Shown here: positions 38,968 to 47,935 of the stretch, one piece after another
Layout of the letters: the number at the start of each line of letters is the position of its first letter
Numbering within the stretch: the first letter of the stretch is position 1
DNA from: a bacterium
GTDB taxonomy: Bacteria > UBA8248 > JACPRG01 > G963555815
Reading direction: 5' to 3'
DNA length: 64,000 nt
Assembly: GCA_963555815.3 (NCBI GenBank)
Contig: CAUVWX020000002.1
Location: 480,001 to 544,000 of the forward strand
Notes under the pieces: generated by a model
Database searches by the model: none
Told to the model about the DNA's origin: nothing
What the model saw: the letters and a program-made list of their open reading frames with translations, nothing else
Position numbers and translations under genes: made by a program

Positions 38968-40137
38968 TCACACCCTGGCGTGGGGGTCGAAAAGTTTTTG
39001 GTGCTCGTCTTGGGCGAAGCGGTCCGTCATCCCGGCGACGTAGTCGCAGATGACCCTCTCGGCCCCCTCCGACCCTGTTTCGATCTTTTCAAACACCCGG
39101 GGCGGGAGCTGCTCGGGCTGCTTGAGGTAGACCTGAAAGAGGTCCGTCAGGATTCGATCGGCCTTGTTCTCCATCCTCATCACTCGGTGGTGCCGATACA
39201 TATGGCGAAAGAGGTACGCCTTGAGAGCGGCGTTCTTCTCAGCGGCAGCCTCACTGAAGCCGACTATGCGGTGGGGGTGAGCCCGCACCTCGTCGGGGTT
39301 CTGGATCCCAAGGGCCCTTAGTCTCTCCTCCGTGGTATTGATGACGTCGCCCACCTGCTCGTTGATCACCCGGCGGATGGTCTGGTGCTTGTGGACGCGG
39401 AACTCTGCACTCGGGCATTCCGAAACGGCCGCCTCGTAGTGCGTGCGCCAGAGGTCGATGGTCATGAGGTGCCCTGGCTCCAACATGCTGGAAGAGAGGC
39501 CGTCGTCGATGTCGTGGTTGTTGTAGGCGATCTCGTCGCAGAGGTCCGCGACCTGCGCCTCAAGCGGTGGGGAGGGCCCGGGCCTCAGATCGGGGCGGAC
39601 CTCCTCACGGCCGGGTCGGTCAAACTCCGTCGTATGCTTGCTGATCCCCTCCAGGGTCTCCCTGGTGAGGTTCAAACCCTTGAAGTCAGGGTAGCGGTCC
39701 TCGAGAATCTCGACCAGCCGCAGCCCTTGCCGGTTATGCTCAAAGCCCCCATGGCCTTCCGTGAGACGGTTGAGGACCGCCTCTCCCGAATGTCCAAAGG
39801 GGGGATGGCCGAGGTCGTGGGCGAGGGCGATGGCCTCGGCCAGGTCTTCGTTTAGCCGAAGGGCCCGGGCGATAGTCCGGGCCATGGAAGCCGCCTCCAG
39901 GGTGTGTGTGAGGCGCGTGCGAAAATGGTCCCCCTCGTGATAGACGAAGACCTGGGTCTTATATTCGAGGCGGCGAAAGGCCCTGGAGTGAACAATCCGG
40001 TCCCGGTCCCGTTGAAAGGCGATCCGGAAAGGATGCCCTGCCTCGGGATATTTTCTGCCCCGAGAGTCGCCGGACTTGATGGCATAAGGGGCAAGATTCC
40101 GAGTCTCCTGGTCCTCCATCTCCTCTCGCGTCAACAA
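38968..40137 (-). CDS. dgt: dGTP triphosphohydrolase (HD domain)
   Basis: FQRDRDRI, FRRLEYKTQVF, RTRLTH, HDLGHPPFGHSGE, FEHN, DYVAGMTD. Confidence 0.96.
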   Translation of the reverse strand: MLTREEMEDQETRNLAPYAIKSGDSRGRKYPEAGHPFRIAFQRDRDRIVHSRAFRRLEYKTQVFVYHEGDHFRTRLTHTLEAASMARTIARALRLNEDLAEAIALAHDLGHPPFGHSGEAVLNRLTEGHGGFEHNRQGLRLVEILEDRYPDFKGLNLTRETLEGISKHTTEFDRPGREEVRPDLRPGPSPPLEAQVADLCDEIAYNNHDIDDGLSSSMLEPGHLMTIDLWRTHYEAAVSECPSAEFRVHKHQTIRRVINEQVGDVINTTEERLRALGIQNPDEVRAHPHRIVGFSEAAAEKNAALKAYLFRHMYRHHRVMRMENKADRILTDLFQVYLKQPEQLPPRVFEKIETGSEGAERVICDYVAGMTDRFAQDEHQKLFDPHARV

Positions 40138-40219
40138 TGCAGGCCTCCTTCGGGGCTCATCCTCTTGAAGGGTCTCCGATTTGAGTGTCCCCGGCGGGGC
40201 AAATCCTTCGGGTTCGAGT

Positions 40220-41005
40220 TCATTTGATGAGGCGCTTTCGGATCATGCGGACCGCGAGAAGATAGAGGAAAATAGAGGCCACCGTCAACCACAGGACGGC
40301 CGGCAGGACAGCCCCCAGTCCCTCTCCCAAGGTCAGGGCGCGCACAGCGCTCACCGCATGAGTCAGGGGAAGGGACCAGGCCGCCCACTGGACGACAGGG
40401 CCAAAATCTGAAATGGGAAAGAAGATTCCTGAGAGGAAGAACATGGGTGTGATGAGGATCGTGTAGTGATAGTTGAAAAAGAAATAGGACGGGGACAAAG
40501 CTGTCACGATCATCCCGATGGAAGCGAAGAGGAACCCCTGGATGAAGACAACGGGGAAAACGAGGAGGACAAGGGGGGAGCGCACCAGGCCGAAAACGGC
40601 CATGACCACTATCATGGTGAAAGCGCTGAGAAGGGCTCGGGTGGTGGCCCACAAGATGTCTCCTGTCACGATGTCATCCACCGAACAGGGCGTGGCCAGA
40701 ATGCCGTCGTATGTCCCCTGCTGTGTCATCCGGGTGAAAGCGCCATAGGTGGACTCCAGAGAAGAAGACCACATGGAAGAGGAGACCACGAGACCCGGCG
40801 CGATGAACTGGAGATAGGGGACGTCCCCTCCCAGCCGGATGTAGGCCCCCACGCCAAGGCCCATCCCCAGAAGATAGACGAGATGCTCCCCCAGGTTCCC
40901 CACGATGGCGGCTAGATAATAGCCCCGAAAGGAATCCCGGTTCCGCTGCCAAACCCGCAGGGCCCCACGCGAGACATCGGGGAGAACGGCCACCAGAGCG
41001 TTCAT
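40220..41005 (-). CDS. ABC-2 exporter permease, NodJ family
   Basis: YLQFIAPG, ESTYGAFTRM, ITPMFFLSGIFFP, LPLTHAV. Confidence 0.9.
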   Translation of the reverse strand: MNALVAVLPDVSRGALRVWQRNRDSFRGYYLAAIVGNLGEHLVYLLGMGLGVGAYIRLGGDVPYLQFIAPGLVVSSSMWSSSLESTYGAFTRMTQQGTYDGILATPCSVDDIVTGDILWATTRALLSAFTMIVVMAVFGLVRSPLVLLVFPVVFIQGFLFASIGMIVTALSPSYFFFNYHYTILITPMFFLSGIFFPISDFGPVVQWAAWSLPLTHAVSAVRALTLGEGLGAVLPAVLWLTVASIFLYLLAVRMIRKRLIK

Positions 41006-41952
41006 TCCCTAAGCTCCCTTCCCGTCAGCTTGAGAAAGAAATCCTCCAGGGTGGCAGGCCGATGGAGGACGTTCTCCACCCGGACCGCCCTGAGGGCCTG
41101 CACAATTTCCACGGCGCGATCGCTGAAGAGATAAAGGGTGTCTCCCCATCGCTCGATGGTATATGCATCGCCGGGGATTTGCGCCAGGAGGGCCGCCTCC
41201 TCCTCTTTCTCCACCCGAAGCTCCACCACCTCCCGACCCACCCTCCTCTCCACCAGCTCTTGGGGGCAACCCTCGACAACAATTTTCCCCCGATCCATCA
41301 CCACCACCCGGTCGCAGAGCTGGGCCGCTTCTTCCATGTAATGAGTGCTTAGGAGGAGAGTCACCCCTTGGCGCTTCAGGTGGCGAAGGCGCTGCCAGAT
41401 GAGGTGGCGGGCCTGGGGGTCAAGCCCGGTTGTGGGTTCATCCAAGAGGAGGAGAGTGGGTCGGTGAATCAGGGCCCGGGCCACCAGGAGGCGCCGCTTC
41501 ATCCCGCCAGAGAGCTGTTCAATCCTGACGCCCGCCTTTCCCGAAAGCTCCATGAAGGTCAGGAGGTCATCGGCCCGCTGTCTTGCCTCTGGGGCGGGAA
41601 GGTCAAAGTAGCGGGCATAGGTGAGGAAGTTTTGACGGACGGTGAGATCTGGGTCGAGGTTCGTCTCCTGAGAGACGACGCCGATCTGCCGCTTGATGGC
41701 CCGGGCGTGATTCCTCACATCAAGACCGAGGACCATCAGCTCACCCGCAGTGAGAGGTGAGGCCCCGTAGATCATCTTCAGGGTCGATGTCTTCCCTGCC
41801 CCGTTGGGTCCGAGGAGGCCGTAACACTCCCCCCGGGAGACCGATAAGTCGATCCCGTCAACGGCCACGAGGCTGCCAAAGCACTTCACCAGCCCCTGGG
41901 CCACCACCACCTGTTCAGACGTACCCACTATGGATTCAGGCAAGGGAGACAC
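41002..41952 (-). CDS. ABC exporter ATP-binding protein, NodI family
   Basis: GPNGAGKT, LSGGMKRRL, LLDEPTTGLDPQAR, THYMEEA. Confidence 0.93.
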   Translation of the reverse strand: MSPLPESIVGTSEQVVVAQGLVKCFGSLVAVDGIDLSVSRGECYGLLGPNGAGKTSTLKMIYGASPLTAGELMVLGLDVRNHARAIKRQIGVVSQETNLDPDLTVRQNFLTYARYFDLPAPEARQRADDLLTFMELSGKAGVRIEQLSGGMKRRLLVARALIHRPTLLLLDEPTTGLDPQARHLIWQRLRHLKRQGVTLLLSTHYMEEAAQLCDRVVVMDRGKIVVEGCPQELVERRVGREVVELRVEKEEEAALLAQIPGDAYTIERWGDTLYLFSDRAVEIVQALRAVRVENVLHRPATLEDFFLKLTGRELRE

Positions 41953-42000
41953 GCAAAAAAACCTGACCTTAGACCGGGTCTTTGGAGGATCGAGTCTAGA

Positions 42001-42225
42001 CTAACCGCATCCGCAGCTGCTGGGGGTGCAACCGCAGGAACCCCATTTAGGACCCGAGAAGGACGAAGGGGCCTCTGCGAGCCTCACCCCAAAGGTCGAG
42101 AGTTGTCTGGCAACGGCCTGAGAACTACAAGAGGGGCAGCTCAGCCCATCGGGCTTGCCAGGGAGGGACAATTTCTCAAAGTCCTCCCCGCAACTTTTGC
42201 AGTGAAACTCGTAGATGGGCATCAA
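42001..42225 (-). CDS. FmdB-family zinc ribbon protein
   Basis: MPIYEFHCKSCG..FE, CPSC, Cys/Gly-rich tail. Confidence 0.92.
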   Translation of the reverse strand: MMPIYEFHCKSCGEDFEKLSLPGKPDGLSCPSCSSQAVARQLSTFGVRLAEAPSSFSGPKWGSCGCTPSSCGCG

Positions 42226-42233
42226 CCTCCCCC

Positions 42234-42885
42234 CTAGAGATTGCGCTGGGCACTCTGCCAGTCCCGCAGAAACCGCTTGAGGCCCTGGTCCGTCAGGGGG
42301 TGCCTTAACAGCTGCCTCAAAACTGAGAAGGGCATGGTCCCCACGTCGGCCCCCGCCAAGGCGGCCTGCACCACATGGACAGGGTGTCGGATGCTGGCCA
42401 CCAGGACCTGCGTCTCAAAGCCATAGTTGTCGTAGATGGCCAGGATATCCTCAACGGTTTGCATCCCCTGATGGCTGATATCGTCCAGCCGGCCCACAAA
42501 GGGGCTAACGTAGCTTGCCCCCGCCTTGGCAGCCATCAGGGCCTGGGTCGGAGCAAAAGCACAGGGTCACGTTCGTCGGCGTCCCCTCTTCACTGAACCG
42601 CTTGACCGCCTTCAGTCCTGCTGCGCCCATGGGAACCTTGACGACAATGTTCTCAGCGATCCGGGCCCAGTCGCGACCCTCCACCAGCATCCCCTCGAAA
42701 TCCTCAACCAGGACCTCGGCGTTCACAGGCCCATCCACGACCTCGCAGATCTCCTCCAGGGTCTTTCGGTAGTCTTTCCCTTCGCGGGCAATCAGGCTGG
42801 GATTGGTCGTAATCCCGTCAATGACCCCAAGCTCCCAGGCCTCGCGAATCTCCTCCAGATTGGCCGTGTCGAGAAAAAATTTCAT
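42234..42885 (-). pseudogene. fsa: Transaldolase / fructose-6-phosphate aldolase, split by a 1-nt frameshift
   Basis: [26 protein letters not shown] in one frame; [36 protein letters not shown] in another; extra T in TTTT (42555-42558). Confidence 0.9.
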
Positions 42886-43083
42886 CTTGCTCCTCCCAGT
42901 GAACCTCCAAAGGGTCACCAACGCGAAGCAGCTCTTAAAAAGAGTTTGGCACCCAACCGACCTCGCTAATATACACGCCTTTTCCTTCCCATGAATAGAT
43001 CCTTTTTCTTCGGTCACCCCAAAATGCCCGGGCGCATGGCCCCCCCTGCAAGGGCGGATTTGATTGGCGTCAGATAGACGGTC

Positions 43084-43112
43084 TTGATAGAATGGAAGGG
43101 GAATTTTATGCT
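43084..43112 (+). promoter_or_regulatory. Sigma70 promoter for the tmk operon
   Basis: TTGATA, 17 nt, TATGCT. Confidence 0.55.
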
Positions 43113-43189
43113 TCAAGATATGTCTTCTTGTGGTGGTGGGGCAGGTTGCGGTCCCGCTGGCCTTTCAGACGATTGGACGGCTTGCCATC

Positions 43190-43873
43190 ATGGTCTTCAT
43201 CACCTTTGAAGGGATAGAGGGATCGGGTAAAACGACCCAACTGAAACTTCTCGCGGAGGTTCTGTCGAGAAGCGGAATCTCTGTGGAGAGCACGCGGGAG
43301 CCCGGGGGAACGCCGTTGGGAGACGCCATCCGGAAGACCTTCCTTGACCCCGCGAATCGTGAAATGTCCGCCCAGGAGGAACTCTCCCTGATCGAGAAGG
43401 CTCGGAGCGAGCATGTTTTAAAGGTCATCCGCCCCGCTCTCAAGGCGGGAAAGGTGGTTCTTTGCGACCGCTTCATGGACTCCACCCTCGCCTACCAGGG
43501 ATATGCTCGGGGCCTTGATTTGGAGATGATCCAGGACTCGATCCGGCAGGCGACAGGAAGTCTCCAGCCCGACGCAACGCTCCTTCTCAGTCTGGATGTC
43601 TCCGTCGGCCTTGAGAGGGCTGACGGATCGAGCAAGACCGGCCCCCAGGAGACGCGATTCGAGATGGAATCCAGGGAGTTCCACGAGCGGGTCCGAGAAG
43701 GTTTTCTACTCCTTGCCAAGAAAGAAAAAGACCGAATCAAGATTGTCGATGCCTCTGGGGACTCGCAAACTGTTCACCTTCGGGTTCTCGAGGCCTTGAA
43801 GGCCTCCAAGGCCTTGAAGGCCTCCAAGGTGTCTTCGATCCTGAAGGGTGTCCAGGAGATCCAGTGCCACTAG
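43190..43873 (+). CDS. tmk: Thymidylate kinase
   Basis: FITFEGIEGSGKTTQ, TREPGGT, CDRFMDSTLAYQG. Confidence 0.96.
   Translation: MVFITFEGIEGSGKTTQLKLLAEVLSRSGISVESTREPGGTPLGDAIRKTFLDPANREMSAQEELSLIEKARSEHVLKVIRPALKAGKVVLCDRFMDSTLAYQGYARGLDLEMIQDSIRQATGSLQPDATLLLSLDVSVGLERADGSSKTGPQETRFEMESREFHERVREGFLLLAKKEKDRIKIVDASGDSQTVHLRVLEALKASKALKASKVSSILKGVQEIQCH
43791..43829 (+). repeat. 18-bp tandem duplication in the tmk 3' end
   Basis: (AGGCCTTGAAGGCCTCCA)x2 plus AGG, encoding ALKASK-ALKASK. Confidence 0.85.
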
Positions 43874-44904
43874 CCGACGTGAAGGGTCAGGAGCAGGCGG
43901 TCGAGGTTCTACGGCGCGCCATTGCCAGCGACCGAGTCGCTCCCTCCTACCTCTTCGTGGGGCCCGAGGGGGTGGGGAAACGGACGACCGCCCTTGAGTT
44001 CGCCATGGCCCTCCTCTGCCAAGGGGCTAAGGGGGAACCCGACGCCTGCCGGTCCTGCCCTTCGTGCCAAAAGGTGGCGCGGGATTCTCATCCGGACCTT
44101 TTAGTTATCGGACCGGATGGGACCCAGATTAAAATCGGAAAGAGAGACGAGCGGGGAAAGGAGCCCCCTCAGATTCGCCAGCTCATCCGGGCCGCCCACC
44201 GAAAGCCTTATGAGGGCACTCGGAAGATTTTCCTGGTGGACGAGGCCCACCGGATGAACCTGGAGGCGGCGAACGCCCTACTGAAGACGCTGGAGGAGCC
44301 GCCGCCGTCGACAGTCATCATTCTCATCGCCACAACCCTCTTCCACCTCCCGCCCACTATCGTGTCCCGGTGCCAAGTGGTACGATTTAGGCTCCTGCCC
44401 CGGGCTTGGCTGAAGGGCTGGATAGAGAAGGAACGGGAGTTGTCTGCGGAAGAGGCGGACTGGGTCTTGGCCTTCTGCGCGGGGCGCATGGACCGCGCGC
44501 GTGACCTAGACCCGAAGGGGCTTCGGGATCTTTGGTCAGAAGCCCTGGGGATGATCCGGGCTGCCCTTGCGGGGGGGGTTGAGGAGATCCTCGCCGGGGC
44601 GGCCAAGGCGGGAAGGCCCCGCGAGCGGGCGCAGGAGGTCTTGGACATTCTCCTCATCTTCCTGCGGGATCTCACGGTCCTCGCCTGGGGGGTTCCCTTG
44701 GACCATTTTGGGGATGCGGCCCTGCAGGAGGATCTTGCTTCTCTGGCCCGGGAGCATCCCCCTCAGGTGTGGATGCGGCTCTTTGAGGGGGCAAGGCGGT
44801 TTCGGGCCGAGTTAGACCGATATTCAAATCCCCAGCTTGGGTGGGAGGTCTGGTCCCTTGAGGCCTCGGCGGCCATAGCATGGAATTCGGAGGCATACTC
44901 ATGA
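43864..44904 (+). CDS. holB: DNA polymerase III subunit delta prime
   Basis: GPEGVGK, C..C..C zinc site, HPD, EAANALLKTLEEPP, TIVSRC. Confidence 0.95.
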   Translation: MPLADVKGQEQAVEVLRRAIASDRVAPSYLFVGPEGVGKRTTALEFAMALLCQGAKGEPDACRSCPSCQKVARDSHPDLLVIGPDGTQIKIGKRDERGKEPPQIRQLIRAAHRKPYEGTRKIFLVDEAHRMNLEAANALLKTLEEPPPSTVIILIATTLFHLPPTIVSRCQVVRFRLLPRAWLKGWIEKERELSAEEADWVLAFCAGRMDRARDLDPKGLRDLWSEALGMIRAALAGGVEEILAGAAKAGRPRERAQEVLDILLIFLRDLTVLAWGVPLDHFGDAALQEDLASLAREHPPQVWMRLFEGARRFRAELDRYSNPQLGWEVWSLEASAAIAWNSEAYS

Positions 44905-45719
44905 TAAAGGTCATCCAGGTCAATTTTAGGCGCATGGCAAGGCCCAGCCGGTTCAACGCAGGCCAGCTTTCCCTCAGGGTCGGAGACTACTGTGTGGCCG
45001 ATAGAGAGTCCGGGGCGGATGTGGGCCAGGTAGTCGCCAATCCCATGATCCTGGACGAAGCCCAGGTCAAGGAACGCCTTCGCCGGGTCATCCGAAAGGC
45101 CACGCCCGAGGACCTCGCCCAATACCGGGAGAACGATGAGAGCGAGAAGCGGGCTTTCCAGGTCTGCGTCGAGGAGATCCGTGCTCACAATCTTCCCATG
45201 AAGCTTTCGCAGGTGGAGTTCAATTTCAAGGGAGAAAAGGCCACCGTTTATTTCACAGCCGATGGAAGGGTGGACTTCCGGAGTCTTGTCAAGAGTCTGG
45301 CGAGCCGGCTCCGCGTTCGGATCGAGATGAATCAAATCGGGGCCCGGGACGAATCCAAGATGATGGACGGCTGCGGTTCGTGTGGCAAGAAGCTCTGCTG
45401 CTCCACCTGGCTCCCGGAGTTCTCCCCCATCTCCATCCGGATGGCCAAGACTCAGAATCTCTCGCTGAACCCGTCGAGGCTTTCCGGCCTTTGCGGGCGC
45501 CTCAAATGCTGCCTCATCTATGAATTCAAGGAGTACGAAGGGATCGCCAAACGCTTGCCAAAACCCGGAAGGCGGGTCAAGAACTGTGCGGGTTGCAGCG
45601 GCTGCGTCGTCAAGCAGAACCTCCTCGAGGAGTCTTTTGTCATCCGGACCGATGACGGCCGCCAGGTCAACGCCACGCTCGACGATTACGAGGAGAGCCT
45701 GGCGCGGGCCCCCCATTAA
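44901..45719 (+). CDS. ricT: PSP1-domain protein (RicT/YaaT family)
   Basis: YFTADGRVDFR.LVK, RIEM.QIG.RDE, CG..LCC, MAK.QNLSLNP..LSGLCGRLKCCL.YE. Confidence 0.93.
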   Translation: MIKVIQVNFRRMARPSRFNAGQLSLRVGDYCVADRESGADVGQVVANPMILDEAQVKERLRRVIRKATPEDLAQYRENDESEKRAFQVCVEEIRAHNLPMKLSQVEFNFKGEKATVYFTADGRVDFRSLVKSLASRLRVRIEMNQIGARDESKMMDGCGSCGKKLCCSTWLPEFSPISIRMAKTQNLSLNPSRLSGLCGRLKCCLIYEFKEYEGIAKRLPKPGRRVKNCAGCSGCVVKQNLLEESFVIRTDDGRQVNATLDDYEESLARAPH

Positions 45720-45804
45720 AGGAGGAAATATCGCTCTCATGAGAGCCCGAGTGGTACTGGAGAAAAAAGGGAGTCAGACGCAATCCGGGGGTTCCCAGCC
45801 TCCC

Positions 45805-47850
45805 ATGACTCCTATGAGGACTTTCTACCTCACCACTCCTATCTACTATGTCAATGATGTCCCTCACATCGGCCACGCCTACACCACCATCGCGGCGGAC
45901 ACCCTGAGCCGATTTCACCAACTCGCGGGAGAAAATGTCTTTTTCCTGACGGGGACCGATGAGCATGGCCAGAAGGTGGAAAAGGCGGCCCAAAAGCAGG
46001 GCCTTCAGCCCAAGGAACTCGCCAACCGGGTAGTGGGCCGCTTTCAATCCCTTTGGGACCGGCTCAACATCCAGGCCAACGACTTCATCCGGACGACCCA
46101 GAGCCGCCACCGCCTCGCCGTCGAAGCCCTCTTCTTGCTGGTGCGCCAGAGGGGCGACATCTACCTCGGCGACTACGAGGGCTGGTATTGCACGCAGGAC
46201 GAATCCTTCTGGACGGAAACCCAGGTTCAGGGGGGAAAGTGCCCCGAGTGTGGCCGCCCCGTTGAGCGGCTCAAGGAGAAGAGCTACTTCTTCCGGATGT
46301 CCCGCTACCAGGAGCCCCTCCTTCGCCACATAGAGGCCCACCCGGAATTCATCCGCCCCGAGAGCCGGCGAAACGAGATCCTGCGCTTTGTGGAGGGCGG
46401 CCTTCGAGACCTGAGCATCAGCCGCACATCCTTCCGTTGGGGGATCCCGGTTCCCGGCGACCCGGACCACGTCCTCTACGTCTGGTTCGACGCCTTGACG
46501 AACTACCTTTCGGCCCTGGGCTTTCAGGACGCGGATTCGGCGGAGGAACGCTGGGAGAGCCACTGGCCGGCGGACCTCCACCTCGTCGGGAAGGACATCC
46601 TGAGGTTTCACGCCGTTTACTGGCCCACCTTTCTCATGGCCGCCGACCTGCCGCTACCGCGCCAGATCTTTGCCCACGGGTGGTGGACTGTGGAGGGGAA
46701 GAAGATGTCCAAATCCCTCCAGAACGTGGTGGACCCCGAGCCCCTCATTGACCAATACGGGGCCGACGCCCTCAGGTATTTCCTCCTCCGGGAAGTGCCC
46801 TTCGGGGAGGACGGCGACTTCTCCCACCGGGCCCTCATCGGGCGCTTAAACAGCGACCTCGCCAACGACCTGGGGAACCTCCTGCAGCGAACCCTCGTCA
46901 TGGTGGGAAAGTACGCCGGGGGGAAGGTCCCCGAAGCGCAAGAGGCCGGCGCCGAGGAGAGCTCCCTTCGGGCCGCCTCGGAAAAGACCGTTGGCCGGGT
47001 GGAGGCATGCATAGCCGAGACGGACTTCCAGGGAGCCCTCAAGGCCATTTGGGAGTTCATCGGCCTCACGAACAAATATCTCGACACCTGCGCCCCTTGG
47101 TCTCTCGCCAAAGCCGGAAAAGAGCGGGCGGCTCAGAACGTCCTCTTCCACGCCGCCGAGGCCCTCCGGGTCACCTCCGTCCTTCTATGGCCCTTCATCC
47201 CTGAATCGGCAGAAAACCTGAGAGCCCAGCTGGGCCTGCCCCAAAGGCCGTCCTCCCTGGAGGAGGCGCGAAAGTGGGGTCTCCTGCCCGTGGGGGCGGA
47301 AACTCACCCCGGCACACCGCTCTTTCCGCGAATCGACGAAGAGGCTCCGGTCGAGATCGCCCAGGAGGTTCCAGCTGGGGTTGTGCCGGAAGCGCTGGTC
47401 GAGGCCACGCCAATCGCCGAAGAGACTCCGGTTGAGATCGTCCAGGAGGTTCCGGCTGAAGTCGCGCCGGAGGTTCCGATCGAGGTCACGCCAGTCGAAG
47501 AAGAAACTCCGGTTGAGATCGTCCAGGAGGTGGACGTCTTCCAGCAGCTTGACCTTCGGGCTGCTCGGGTCCTATCGGCTAAACGGGTGAAGGGAACAGA
47601 AACCCTCGTCAAATTGGTGCTGGACCTCGGCCGCGAGCGGCGCACCGTGGTGGCCGGGATCGGGAAGAGCTATACCCTCAAGTCCCTGAAGGGAAAGACG
47701 CTGGTCTTCGTGGCCAACCCGAAGCCCCGCACCCGAAGGGGCATAAAATCCGAGGGGATAGTGTTGGCAGTCAGGCAGGGAAAAGGGTTCGTCTTGATCG
47801 AGCCGGAGTCACCCGTCGAACCAGGGCGCTCTGTGAAGGACGTTCTGTGA
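45805..47850 (+). CDS. metG: Methionine--tRNA ligase with C-terminal tRNA-binding domain
   Basis: FYLTTPIYYVN, HIGH, GTDEHG, YVWFDAL, GKDILRFHA, KMSKS; start 45805 or 45814. Confidence 0.97.
   Translation: MTPMRTFYLTTPIYYVNDVPHIGHAYTTIAADTLSRFHQLAGENVFFLTGTDEHGQKVEKAAQKQGLQPKELANRVVGRFQSLWDRLNIQANDFIRTTQSRHRLAVEALFLLVRQRGDIYLGDYEGWYCTQDESFWTETQVQGGKCPECGRPVERLKEKSYFFRMSRYQEPLLRHIEAHPEFIRPESRRNEILRFVEGGLRDLSISRTSFRWGIPVPGDPDHVLYVWFDALTNYLSALGFQDADSAEERWESHWPADLHLVGKDILRFHAVYWPTFLMAADLPLPRQIFAHGWWTVEGKKMSKSLQNVVDPEPLIDQYGADALRYFLLREVPFGEDGDFSHRALIGRLNSDLANDLGNLLQRTLVMVGKYAGGKVPEAQEAGAEESSLRAASEKTVGRVEACIAETDFQGALKAIWEFIGLTNKYLDTCAPWSLAKAGKERAAQNVLFHAAEALRVTSVLLWPFIPESAENLRAQLGLPQRPSSLEEARKWGLLPVGAETHPGTPLFPRIDEEAPVEIAQEVPAGVVPEALVEATPIAEETPVEIVQEVPAEVAPEVPIEVTPVEEETPVEIVQEVDVFQQLDLRAARVLSAKRVKGTETLVKLVLDLGRERRTVVAGIGKSYTLKSLKGKTLVFVANPKPRTRRGIKSEGIVLAVRQGKGFVLIEPESPVEPGRSVKDVL
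47338..47532 (+). repeat. Imperfect 81-bp (27-aa) tandem repeat, 2.4 copies, in the MetG linker
   Basis: EEAPVEIAQEVPAGVVPEALVEATPIA / EETPVEIVQEVPAEVAPEVPIEVTPVE / EETPVEIVQEV. Confidence 0.9.
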
Positions 47851-47935
47851 GCTGACGGGGCGCCTCTCCAGAGGGGCTCCATCCCCGAGCACCCCTGTTG
47901 AGGTAAACCCTTAGCCTCTTTTTGAGTCATTCCTC

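Noticed and set aside
40220..41952. NodIJ-like genes as evidence of nodulation
   Set aside because: Widespread ABC-2 exporter family; no nodABC in the window
42001..42225. Cys-rich small ORF as a RiPP precursor with the adjacent ABC exporter and nearby radical SAM
   Set aside because: Typical FmdB zinc ribbon; the rSAM is TatD-linked, lacks a SPASM domain and lies in a different operon
42886..43116. 77-codon N-terminal extension of fsa in the ORF track (similar extensions on purB, purC, metG, tmk and 59390..60460)
   Set aside because: Homology begins at downstream starts, and the extensions overlap promoters or neighbouring genes
47338..47532. CRISPR-like array
   Set aside because: Repeats are in-frame, imperfect, lack unique spacers and lie within metG; no cas genes
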